DNA of 64,000 bases, from NCBI GenBank assembly GCA_965207375.1, contig OZ242274.1, forward strand, positions 608,001 through 672,000, read 5' to 3'. Below, in pieces: positions 8,441 through 17,578 of the stretch (positions within the stretch are counted from its first letter, which is position 1; every line of letters begins with the position of its first letter). The translations under genes were made by a program, and so were the position numbers. Origin of the DNA: Nitrosopumilaceae archaeon (GTDB taxonomy: Archaea; Thermoproteota; Nitrososphaeria; Nitrososphaerales; Nitrosopumilaceae). The notes beneath the pieces are model-generated. The model did no database searches and was not told the DNA's origin. It was given only the letters and a program-made list of their open reading frames with translations.

Positions 8441-10349
8441 TTTGACCGTCTCCTAATTCGGTTATGTGTGATCCTCCTGCAGGCAAAACACGTACAAATT
8501 CGTCAAGGGGTATTGTTCTAGCAATATCTTGATGAATCTTTGTAAATTCCAGCTTTATCCTTTTTGCAGCTTCTGCCATGTCTCCACTAGAGGGCTCTAT
8601 TACTGCATAACACAGGCATTTATGCTTGATTGGTTCTAGAGGTCCGCATGTCAACAAATAATTTTCATCATACTGCAAAATTCCAACTGCAAGCTTTAGG
8701 GTTGCAATCTTTACTGCATTTCTTTGCCCTTCTATTATGAAAGATCCCTTTGCTAGAAACTGTCCACTCGGAGCTGCCTTTTTGATCTGTTCTGGAACGA
8801 CCCAATACGCCCCCATTCCGTACATTGCCTCCCTCCAAGCTCTACTAAAACAGACTGTTGCATGAGCCACCTCATTTAAGCTAGAGGTAGTAGCATCTGT
8901 TGCATTTTTTAAAATAAAAAACGGTGAGCCAAAAATTTCGGCATGAAAAACCTTGTCATTTTTTTCCAAGTGTTTTCGAATTACTGCTGAATTTGAGGAA
9001 GAGTCGCGTCCCCCTATTGCAATCATGTTATCTGATGTGAAAAACCAGCGATATCTTTGAAACCAAGTACGCTTTATGATCTCGTTGAATCCAATCTCTG
9101 TCTCGCTGTTTAGTGACTGGTTCTTTAGTTTCTCAATTTTTGCTTTCGTTTTTGATTTTTGTGATTCAATTGTAGATACTGCGTTTGCCTGTTTTTTTGA
9201 TTCATTAAACAGGGCAGATGCAATTGCCTGCAATGACGACTCTGCTTTGATTTGAATTTTTTCATCCTCAATTTTGATATGTGGAACACCCTTTATCGTG
9301 ACTAGTTCTGCATCTTGCTCTTTTAGCAGGTCGACTGCACGCTTGTCCTGTATTGATAATATTCCAATAGTGACAAATCTCATGATTTCCTTTGCTATTG
9401 CAGATATCCTGTCGGCTCTGCGTAAAACCGTCTCTATTGCCTTTGTCTGTTCTTCTAATTGACTATTATATTCCTCAATTTTTTTATTGCTGGCACTAGA
9501 CTGCATTTGTTTTCCTTCATCAATGATGTCTTCTGTAAATAATTGATCTAGACCCTCCATAAACGAGCTTACCGATTCTGTTGCGTCACTTGTCGGAATA
9601 CGTATCGGATAGATTTCTGAAACTTCCTTTCTCCTAACAATTATTGGTGTGTGTTTGCCGTCTATGATGTCGCTTACTAAATTATTTGTTGTACAAAATA
9701 ATTTTTTTATTTCTTGTGACGAAAGTGTATTGGATTCTTTTTTTGGATCCATTTGGGCCTGATTGAAAATTTCCTCAGCATACTTTTTTGGAAATCCAAG
9801 ATTCTTTCCAATCCATCTAACTGCCTCTGTTTGTGCATTTGATATCTCGTTGAATTGTTCTTCTTTGATATCGAAAATATTTAGACTGTTGCTTGGGGGG
9901 GCAACATACTTTAAACCAACTGAAAGTTTTCTGTGCCGTACATCAATTGAATGCAATAAAGCCAAAATTTTCATATCCGAATTACATAAAATTATATTCC
10001 CATCCCCAAATAACTCTGCAACCAAAACAAACTCTTTTTCAAAATTATTAAATGTCATATATGCGATACGTTCTGCACCTATCTGCTCAACTTTGATTAT
10101 TTTGGCACGAAGCAGGTCATTGCGCAATCGCTTCAACAGCCTGTTTGGCTCGATTGGATCAATTTTTTTTGTTGTAGTCCAGATACCTGATGTTGAGAGC
10201 ATCATAAACACATCTGGCTTTTCTGGATGATGCAGCTTGAACAGTAGACTGCTCCTTGTTATTCCGTATATGTTGCTTACATAGTAACCGCTGGAAATCT
10301 GTCCTATCTGATTTACCAAATATCGCAGTTCTATACCTGCAAGATTCAT
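8424..10349 (-). CDS. Rqc2/NEMF-like ribosome quality control protein (NFACT domains)
   Basis: ELFGDGNIIL, WFQRYRWF, GGRD and SGQFLAKGSF motifs. Confidence 0.9.
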   Translation of the reverse strand: MNLAGIELRYLVNQIGQISSGYYVSNIYGITRSSLLFKLHHPEKPDVFMMLSTSGIWTTTKKIDPIEPNRLLKRLRNDLLRAKIIKVEQIGAERIAYMTFNNFEKEFVLVAELFGDGNIILCNSDMKILALLHSIDVRHRKLSVGLKYVAPPSNSLNIFDIKEEQFNEISNAQTEAVRWIGKNLGFPKKYAEEIFNQAQMDPKKESNTLSSQEIKKLFCTTNNLVSDIIDGKHTPIIVRRKEVSEIYPIRIPTSDATESVSSFMEGLDQLFTEDIIDEGKQMQSSASNKKIEEYNSQLEEQTKAIETVLRRADRISAIAKEIMRFVTIGILSIQDKRAVDLLKEQDAELVTIKGVPHIKIEDEKIQIKAESSLQAIASALFNESKKQANAVSTIESQKSKTKAKIEKLKNQSLNSETEIGFNEIIKRTWFQRYRWFFTSDNMIAIGGRDSSSNSAVIRKHLEKNDKVFHAEIFGSPFFILKNATDATTSSLNEVAHATVCFSRAWREAMYGMGAYWVVPEQIKKAAPSGQFLAKGSFIIEGQRNAVKIATLKLAVGILQYDENYLLTCGPLEPIKHKCLCYAVIEPSSGDMAEAAKRIKLEFTKIHQDIARTIPLDEFVRVLPAGGSHITELGDGQNEGIK

Positions 10350-10452
10350 ACAAATTTATCACGAATCTGAAATTAATACCCTTACTAATTGAGCCTGTAA
10401 ATATTACCAAAGATTTTAAACGAGGCTAGGCTCAGTCACGATAGAAATTTCA

Positions 10453-10947
10453 TTGGCAAAGTTTAAGAAAAAAAAATCAGAGCCTACACAGGGCACAAAG
10501 GAACCCGGCAAAATCGAGTCTGGGCATGATGCACCTGCTGCCAAAGAGCCAAAAAGTGAAATTACGCCATCTCCTCCCACCGAATCCCCACCAAAAGATG
10601 ATCCACCAATTAATTTGGCACAACAGGGTGAAAAGGACAGCAAATTAAACAAACTGTTCTGGATGAGGGTTGCCTTTGCAGTTATTGCAGGAATCATGGC
10701 CACATTTATCTTTGAATCTGTAGAAGGCGAGGAAAGACGCTGGTCTTCAATTGCTTTTATGATAATTGTCTTTATTGCCACTATCGTCATTGCAAAAGCA
10801 ATGAGAATACCGTTTGCATTATCTGACAGAAAAAAACTTGTTACTCAAGGTATAGGAAGTTATGTTTTCATCTATCTGTTTGTCTGGGTTTTCTCATATA
10901 CTCTGGCGCATCTAGAAGATTCTAGCGGCTCTATGCCGTTTCCATAA
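10453..10947 (+). CDS. Hypothetical membrane protein
   Basis: Pro/Lys-rich N-terminus followed by three hydrophobic helices. Confidence 0.7.
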   Translation: MAKFKKKKSEPTQGTKEPGKIESGHDAPAAKEPKSEITPSPPTESPPKDDPPINLAQQGEKDSKLNKLFWMRVAFAVIAGIMATFIFESVEGEERRWSSIAFMIIVFIATIVIAKAMRIPFALSDRKKLVTQGIGSYVFIYLFVWVFSYTLAHLEDSSGSMPFP

Positions 10948-10958
10948 ATGTGACTTTC

Positions 10959-11549
10959 ATGTGGAAATCTAAAACGCCTGGAATTCCAGATGATGCATTT
11001 GAGCGAGCAGACAACATACCTATAACAAAAGAAGAAGTTAGAGTCATACAAATCAGCAAAGCCAGACTAAATGAAGGACAAACAGTATATGATGTGGGAT
11101 GCGGCAGTGGTTCTGTTACTGCCGAAGCTGCAATTCAAATTGGTTTGACTGGAAAAATTTTTGCAATAGATTATGATCAAAATGCAATTGAGCTGACCAG
11201 AACGAATTTGCAAAAATTTGGAATAACAAACGTTAATTTGATTTTTGGCAATGCAAAGCAAAAAATCTCCGACCTGCCCATGGCTGATGCAATATTTGTG
11301 GGTGGCACAGGAGGTGACACTCGGGAAATTGTTCAATTATGTGAAAACAAGCTCAAGAGTGGAGCAAGAATAGTTGTAGGTATAATTTTAATTGAAACAT
11401 TATCTGCAGTATTGTCGATACTTGATAAACTTGACTTTTCAGATGTCGATATTACGCAGGTTACAATTTCTAAAAGCCGAAAAACTTCGACTGGAACTAT
11501 GATGCTAGCACGCAATCCGGTCACCGTCATCTCTGCTACCAAAAATTAA
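10959..11549 (+). CDS. cbiT: Precorrin-6B C15-methyltransferase (decarboxylating)
   Basis: PITKEEVR, DVGCGSG, FVGG and ARNPV motifs. Confidence 0.9.
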   Translation: MWKSKTPGIPDDAFERADNIPITKEEVRVIQISKARLNEGQTVYDVGCGSGSVTAEAAIQIGLTGKIFAIDYDQNAIELTRTNLQKFGITNVNLIFGNAKQKISDLPMADAIFVGGTGGDTREIVQLCENKLKSGARIVVGIILIETLSAVLSILDKLDFSDVDITQVTISKSRKTSTGTMMLARNPVTVISATKN

Positions 11550-11564
11550 TTGGTTAGATCAGTC

Positions 11565-11659
11565 GTAAATGCTAACGTCCTGCCTAGATTTTTTATTTTT
11601 ATGACCTTCCGAATTTGTGCCTAAAACCTACATAATTTCAAAACAATGTTAACAGATAC
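11565..11659 (+). mobile_element. 95-bp IS66-derived MITE with 8-bp TSD
   Basis: Ends GTAAATGCTAACGT and ATGTTAACAGATAC resemble the IS66 TIRs; flanked by direct repeat GATCAGTC (11557-11564, 11660-11667). Confidence 0.85.
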
Positions 11660-11835
11660 GATCAGTCTGAATTGCAACCAAGATAGATCAAAGGTAAGAT
11701 TAATCATGGCTGAAATGACTAAAGACGATATCGAATTTTCATCTATTGTAAAATATGAATAAAGTGGTGAGGACCTAGTCAGAATATGACCGATCAAAAC
11801 CGAATGCTTATGGGTGCAGGGGTAGTATTAAGGAC

Positions 11836-12285
11836 ATGAGTAAGAGACGTAGCTCACAAGAAAAGGCTGGTATGGGTTTAAAAATTGAACAGCATACAGA
11901 CACAAAAATAGGACCACTAGAAGATTTGACAACAGGTAGTTCCTCGGCCAAAGTACTAGATTTTTTCTTAATATTTGATGAATTTGACTATAGTGAAGCA
12001 GACATAAGGCGAGGATCTAGTGTATCGCAAAGACACCTGTACCGAGTTTTACCCAAATTAGTAAAATACGGAATTTTAGAGCATACAAGAAAGTCAGGTA
12101 AATCAAAAATGTACAGATTAAACAAAAATGAAAAAGCAGTTAAACACTTAGAACAATTTGTGTTTTTGTTAGCTATGAAAAGAATAGAAAAATCGGAAAC
12201 ATGGCCAGACGAAGAAAGTAAAGAAATAGTACCAATTATTGAGCCTCAAAAAGAAATACAAGAAAACAGTATCACTGTAGAATAA
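11836..12285 (+). CDS. Winged HTH transcription regulator
   Basis: KVLDFFL...SEADI...LYRVLPKLVKYGIL...GKSKMYRLN wHTH pattern. Confidence 0.75.
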   Translation: MSKRRSSQEKAGMGLKIEQHTDTKIGPLEDLTTGSSSAKVLDFFLIFDEFDYSEADIRRGSSVSQRHLYRVLPKLVKYGILEHTRKSGKSKMYRLNKNEKAVKHLEQFVFLLAMKRIEKSETWPDEESKEIVPIIEPQKEIQENSITVE

Positions 12286-12298
12286 AATCTATTTTTTA

Positions 12299-12355
12299 GT
12301 AAGTGTTAACGTCATGAACACATGATAACCGCCCTAGCGCAGGTTAGTGGTGAAT
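12299..12355 (+). mobile_element. Remnant of IS66 left end fused to IS110-A left end
   Basis: GTAAGTGTTAACGTCATG-AACACATGATAACC...GTGAAT aligns with 1987-2044. Confidence 0.85.
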
Positions 12356-12470
12356 TTCCATCTACTGAAATTTATATGGATTCGTCAAAAATATAATTTC
12401 ACATGTACCATTATTCCAAATATTTCTTGCAATAGTTTAGATTTTAACTAGGAAAAATACAATGTTTTTC

Positions 12471-13193
12471 ATGCCAGGATTGATTGGAATCGGTGTGGGT
12501 CCAGGAGATCCTGATTTACTTACAGTCAAAGCAGTCAAAGCCATACAAAATGCCGACATTATCATGTGTCCTGCCTCAAAACAAGACAGACCAAGCATTG
12601 CACTATCCGTTGTAGAATCATTAATTGACAAATCTAAAAATCAGCAAATCATCAAGCTCATATTTCCCATGACAAAGGACAGAGACGTACTTGAGGCGAC
12701 TTGGAAAAAAAATGCAAAGATAATGGCAGAAACTGTATTATCTGGAAAAAACGTCGTGTATCTTACAGTAGGTGATCCATATTTGTATAGCACATGGATC
12801 TACATGCACAAGGATCTCACCGAAAATTATCCTGACATGCAAATTAGTGTCATTCCTGGTATTGTTTCAATGTTTACCTTTGCATCCAAGATAGGCGTTA
12901 GTATTGCAGAGGGTGCTGAAAAGGTGGCCATCATTCCATCCTGTTATGACCTGTCATCGGTAAAACAAATTGCAAAAAATTCTGAAACGCTGGTATTTCT
13001 AAAGGATGGCAGATATTTTGATCAGGTAGTAGACTTGCTAAAAGAATCAGGGTTTGCAGATGATTCTATCTTTGCAATAGGTCAAGATCTGGGTACTGAA
13101 AATGAAATTATTAAAAAGCTTACACTAGGCGAGGTCACAGACGGCACATTGACTACAAAGTATTTTTCAATCTTGGTGGTAAAGCGTGCCTAA
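12471..13193 (+). CDS. cbiL: Precorrin-2 C20-methyltransferase
   Basis: GIGVGPGDPDLLT, FPM, GDPYLYST and YFS motifs. Confidence 0.92.
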   Translation: MPGLIGIGVGPGDPDLLTVKAVKAIQNADIIMCPASKQDRPSIALSVVESLIDKSKNQQIIKLIFPMTKDRDVLEATWKKNAKIMAETVLSGKNVVYLTVGDPYLYSTWIYMHKDLTENYPDMQISVIPGIVSMFTFASKIGVSIAEGAEKVAIIPSCYDLSSVKQIAKNSETLVFLKDGRYFDQVVDLLKESGFADDSIFAIGQDLGTENEIIKKLTLGEVTDGTLTTKYFSILVVKRA

Positions 13194-13956
13194 AGTCTTT
13201 TTTGTCGGATGTGGCCCAGGCGATCCCGATCTTATTACAGTAAAGGCCAAAAAACTAATTCAAAGGGCAGACATTGTAGTCTATTCTGGCTCCCTGATTC
13301 CAGACAAAATCCTAAAAATGTGCAAACGGGGAAAATTATATGATGCATCAAGGCTGGTCAGGGAAGAAATTTTTGACATTCTTTACACAAATGCCAAAAA
13401 AGACAAACTTGTAATTCGCCTGCATGACGGCGATCCATGCATTTATGGTGCAATACGTGAACAAATTGACAATCTAAAAACAAAGGAAATAGAGTCTGTT
13501 ATAGTTCCAGGCATCACTGCATTTTTGGCATCTGCTGCCGCACTAGCAACTCAGCTTACCCTTCCTGCTGTAACCCAAACCATCATTGTAACTAGGGCAG
13601 AATCACGTACCAAAGTTCCAAAACGCGAACAAATCTCAGAACTTGCAAAGCACAAAGCCACCATGACGTTTTACCTGAGTGTACATTTGCTATCTGATAT
13701 CGTAAAGCAGGCAATCAGGGGCGGATACAAAAAAGCTACACCCGTAGCCGTAGTGTACAGGGCAAGCTGGCCTGATCAAAAAATTATAACCGGAACACTT
13801 GATGATATCGCAAAAAAAGTAAGAGATCAAAAAATTACCAAGACCGCAATTGTGATTGTAGGCGACGTAGTAAAACCTACCTCATATGAGTATTCAAAAC
13901 TTTATGACAAGACATTTAGTCACGGCTATCGCAAGGCAAAATCTAAAAAGAAATAA
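13186..13956 (+). CDS. cbiF: Precorrin-4 C11-methyltransferase
   Basis: GCGPGDPDLIT, YSGSL, RLHDGDP, ASWPD and SKLY motifs. Confidence 0.92.
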   Translation: MPKVFFVGCGPGDPDLITVKAKKLIQRADIVVYSGSLIPDKILKMCKRGKLYDASRLVREEIFDILYTNAKKDKLVIRLHDGDPCIYGAIREQIDNLKTKEIESVIVPGITAFLASAAALATQLTLPAVTQTIIVTRAESRTKVPKREQISELAKHKATMTFYLSVHLLSDIVKQAIRGGYKKATPVAVVYRASWPDQKIITGTLDDIAKKVRDQKITKTAIVIVGDVVKPTSYEYSKLYDKTFSHGYRKAKSKKK

Positions 13957-14695
13957 CTTTATTTTTTATCTTTAATTTTTTCAGATTGTTTTCAAATGTC
14001 TCATTTTTTCCGGTTACGTAAATCCTTAGCCTGTTTTTTGTCATCGGTTTGATTCTTTTAGAAATGTTTTTTGCAATGTTATCTGCAGGATCTAAAAATC
14101 TGACACCTGGAAACTGTCTTGCCAAATAATTTTCCAAAAAAGGCAAATGTGTACTAGACAGTGTTGCCGCATCAATTTTTTTATCTTCGATTATTTTTGC
14201 AAGCGTTTCATTAATTGTTTTTTTGGTTTTGTCTTTGTCGTTTAGAAAATCTCCAGACTCTACTAGATCTACAAGTTTTGAACAATTGATTTTATACACG
14301 TTTGTGTTCTTTGGCAATTTCATTTTGATGACATAATGTGACAACTCCCTACTTGCAACTGCAGCTTTTGTAGCTAGTATTGCAATATTTTTTGTCTTTG
14401 AAATTTTAACAGCCTGCTTTAGCGGCGGCAATACCTTGAATGTGTTTTTAGATCTTATATTCAAAATAATTGATGGCGTGTTTGAGCCAATTATGATAAA
14501 ATCTGGTCCAAATTTCTCCCTTATTTCCTTTATAGTTTTTTGGATAATTTTTGCAAGCTCTGATTTTGATTTGTTTCCATATGGAAAGCTTTTATGATCT
14601 GCAAAATAGATGATTTCACACTTTGTATTTTTCTGCAATGCCTTAATTATTGATAATGAACCAAGCCCCGAATCAAAAACTGCAATTTTTGCCAA
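13943..14695 (-). CDS. Glutamate racemase (MurI)-like protein with Ser at both catalytic positions
   Basis: FDSGLGSL, D...PYG.KS, GSNT and SSTHLP motifs. Confidence 0.8.
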   Translation of the reverse strand: MAKIAVFDSGLGSLSIIKALQKNTKCEIIYFADHKSFPYGNKSKSELAKIIQKTIKEIREKFGPDFIIIGSNTPSIILNIRSKNTFKVLPPLKQAVKISKTKNIAILATKAAVASRELSHYVIKMKLPKNTNVYKINCSKLVDLVESGDFLNDKDKTKKTINETLAKIIEDKKIDAATLSSTHLPFLENYLARQFPGVRFLDPADNIAKNISKRIKPMTKNRLRIYVTGKNETFENNLKKLKIKNKVISF

Positions 14696-14804
14696 TACTC
14701 TAGTTTTATCTAAAATCTGGAGATAATATTGGTTAGCTAAATTTAGCCTAAAGTTGATCTAAATATACACCCCCCATTAAGAGTAGATTTCTAAACAATT
14801 CATC

Positions 14805-15455
14805 ATGCCAAACTTTGACAAGAGTTGGGCTCGTCAAGAGACCCAAGGTGTAGGAAGCAAATTTCGTGAGGCAGTAAAGCCACAGGGTGCCTTAAAACCA
14901 CGCATCCAGACTGCGGTAAACAAGTTGCAGGTCCAAATATCCAAGATGGATTCCATGCTTACAAAACTACGTGAAAGAGATGCGCAACTCTTTCAGAGAA
15001 TTGTAGCTGCAATGCAGCAGCATGATACCTCGGCCAGCAAGGTTTTATCTAACGAATTAGCCGAAATACGCAAAGTATCAAAGATGCTTGGCAACGCAAG
15101 AATGTCACTTGAGCAGGTTCAAATGAGATTGACTACTATTCATGATCTCGGTGATGCAATGGTTGCAATCGGTCCAGCAATGTCAACAATGAAGGGATTA
15201 AAGTCATCGCTAGGACGGTTCATGCCAGAAGCAGATTCTGAGTTAAACTCCATGACACAGACACTTAATGGCCTCATGATGGACTCTCTTGCAGGAGATT
15301 CATTTAACATGGATTCTGATGTCTCAACTGAAGAGACCGATAAGATTCTACAGGAAGCCTCCGCAGTTGCTGAACAGCAGATTGGTGATAAATTCCCGTC
15401 TGTACCAACTCCAACCGGACGTTCGTCTGAAACATCTACTTCGTCATTTGAGTAG
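14805..15455 (+). CDS. ESCRT-III/Snf7 family protein (CdvB paralog)
   Basis: Basic coiled-coil N-terminus, ELAEIRK, acidic C-terminus with ILQEA. Confidence 0.85.
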   Translation: MPNFDKSWARQETQGVGSKFREAVKPQGALKPRIQTAVNKLQVQISKMDSMLTKLRERDAQLFQRIVAAMQQHDTSASKVLSNELAEIRKVSKMLGNARMSLEQVQMRLTTIHDLGDAMVAIGPAMSTMKGLKSSLGRFMPEADSELNSMTQTLNGLMMDSLAGDSFNMDSDVSTEETDKILQEASAVAEQQIGDKFPSVPTPTGRSSETSTSSFE

Positions 15456-15663
15456 ATTGTAAAAAGACGTCTGTCATTCTTTTTGTTTTTTGGATTATCT
15501 TTAGACATCATCTGAATCTGGGTTTTTAGAAATACTAGTCCAAACGGTATAAAATCTGGACATTTTTCACATAAACTATTGCAAGTTTCTGTACCCTGTC
15601 AATCTTTTTAGGATTCAAACTCTAGTCCGTATCTGTCAAGTGTTACATAAAATCAGATTTTTT

Positions 15664-15762
15664 GTATTTGCCAACGTTATTCTGAATTTATGGTAATTAA
15701 ACATGAAATTACTTTGCCGTCAAAAAATAGAATAAAAATTTAGGCGTGACGTTAACACTTAT
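15664..15762 (-). mobile_element. Second copy of IS66-derived MITE (about 99 bp, diverged)
   Basis: Reverse complement starts ATAAGTGTTAACGTCACGCCTAAATTTTT; the other end GTATTTGCCAACGTTATTCTGAATTTATG matches the right end of the 11565 MITE. Confidence 0.75.
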
Positions 15763-15811
15763 ACAGTTTAGAATCACGTGCACAATCTGTAAAAACACCA
15801 ATACTTGAGAG

Positions 15812-17275
15812 TCACGGATATGCCAACTCTTTAACTAGCAAGGAATCAACATCTGAAATTTTAACTCTAGACTGTTCCATAGAGTCTCGCCTTCTTATCG
15901 TTATTGTGTGATCCTCTAGTGTCTGATGATCAACTGTTATTGCAAATGGACAACCAACTTCATCTAATCTGCGATATCTCCTACCTATTGCTCCTGAATG
16001 ATCCAAGAACGCATCAACCTTTGTTCTAATCTCTTTAAAAATCTCGTCTGTCTTTTCTTTTAATCCATCCTTTTTTACTAGCGATAAAACTCCTACATGA
16101 ACCGGAGACAGGTATGGTCGCAAAGCAAGATAAATCCTTTCATTTTCAGCGTCTTTGTGTATGCAGTGTTCCAAAATAGTGTACAAGCTACGGTCTATTC
16201 CCATTGAGATTTCAAATACATGTGGCAAAACTTTTTGTTCATCATCCATCACCTCAAACTTTTCCTTGCTTTTCTTTGCGTGATTTGCCAAATCATAATC
16301 TGATCTATAATTACACGCTACAAGCTCAAGCCATCCTGTTGTTGTTTTGACTTCAAAATCAAAGGCAACTTTTGCATAAAATGCCTTTTCTTTGTCTCCC
16401 AATTTCCTAAATCTGCTTTGAGTCATATCAATTCCGGTCTTGCTGTAAAATTCGGCCAAAATTCCCAAATAATAGGCCACAAATTTGTTTGGAACCAAGC
16501 CTGTATCTATTGCCTGCTGACATGTAACCTGTTTTAATTCCGAATCCGTCTGTATCTGGATTTTTGTATCTTTGACCTCGTCAAACTTTTCTAATTCATC
16601 TAGCTTTTGTGGATTGCAAAACACCTCTATTTCTGCCTGATAAAATTCCCTTAATCGAAGCAAACTCCGCCTAGGCGCTATCTCGTTTCTAAAACTTTTT
16701 CCTACCTGTGCAATACCTTGCGGAAGTTTCCCCCTCATTATCTTGAACAATCTTGGAAAGTCAACAAAAATTGATTGGCATGTTTCAGGTCTCAAATATG
16801 CAGGTTCACCCTCTGGACCAATTCCTACCTGAAACATCATGTTGAATTTTCTCGTACTTTCAAAATCACCCTTACATTTTGTACACTTGATGTTATTTTC
16901 TAAAATCACCTTGTCAAATTCTGCACTATCTGCACTTTCAGGAATCTCAATATTGAAATTCTCTAAAATCATTCTATCTGCTCTAAATGTTGCCTTGCAC
17001 TTTGTACATTTTACAATTGGATCTGCAAAACTTGCAAGATGCCCTGATGCCTCAAACACTGATTTGGACATAATCTGGGATCCGTCAATCTCAAGCATGC
17101 CATCACGTCTGACCAATTCACGCCTCCACAGCTCCAAAAACTTGTTTTTCATACTTACACCGGGTGGACCATATTCCCAAAATCCTGCTTGTGCGTCTCC
17201 ATAAACCTCACAGCTTGGAAAGTAAAACCCTCGTTCTAGGGCAAGCTTCATCACATCATCATATTGCATGGACAT
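15812..17275 (-). CDS. glyS: Glycyl-tRNA synthetase (homodimeric type)
   Basis: SGH..F.D, YLRPET, GKSFRNEI.P and LRLREFYQAE motifs; anticodon domain IGRRYRR.DE. Confidence 0.95.
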   Translation of the reverse strand: MSMQYDDVMKLALERGFYFPSCEVYGDAQAGFWEYGPPGVSMKNKFLELWRRELVRRDGMLEIDGSQIMSKSVFEASGHLASFADPIVKCTKCKATFRADRMILENFNIEIPESADSAEFDKVILENNIKCTKCKGDFESTRKFNMMFQVGIGPEGEPAYLRPETCQSIFVDFPRLFKIMRGKLPQGIAQVGKSFRNEIAPRRSLLRLREFYQAEIEVFCNPQKLDELEKFDEVKDTKIQIQTDSELKQVTCQQAIDTGLVPNKFVAYYLGILAEFYSKTGIDMTQSRFRKLGDKEKAFYAKVAFDFEVKTTTGWLELVACNYRSDYDLANHAKKSKEKFEVMDDEQKVLPHVFEISMGIDRSLYTILEHCIHKDAENERIYLALRPYLSPVHVGVLSLVKKDGLKEKTDEIFKEIRTKVDAFLDHSGAIGRRYRRLDEVGCPFAITVDHQTLEDHTITIRRRDSMEQSRVKISDVDSLLVKELAYP

Positions 17276-17435
17276 TACTGATTTTTGGTTAGTAATTAAA
17301 TGCTAAGATCAAGTCATCAGACACTCAAATTTATAGTGGTCTTTACCATCAGTATCTATGTGCAGTCTTAATAAAGACTTGGTTGGATTTTGCTAGTTGG
17401 AGTATGACTTTCACTAGAACAATACTTTTTCAAAA

Positions 17436-17562
17436 ATGAAGGTCGGAAATGTATCTATTCGGGCATTAAATCCCAGTACCATGCTTCATCCATTCATTAG
17501 GGTCAAAGTGTAGTTAGTTCCCCGGGCATCGAATCCCATACTGTGATCACACAAATCCCTAA
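17436..17562 (-). ncRNA. Predicted bridge/seek RNA core of IS110 element B
   Basis: Loops closed by TTAGGG/CCCTAA and ATGAAG/CTTCAT, each with a GGGATTYRATGCCC hairpin; flanking segments CAGTA, GGAACTA, ATGGT and ATAGATA match the junctions. Confidence 0.75.
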
Positions 17563-17578
17563 CCATAATGATATCATC

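Noticed and set aside
15656-15770. TSD for the second MITE copy
   Set aside because: Flanks GATTTTTT and ACAGTTTA are not a clean direct repeat
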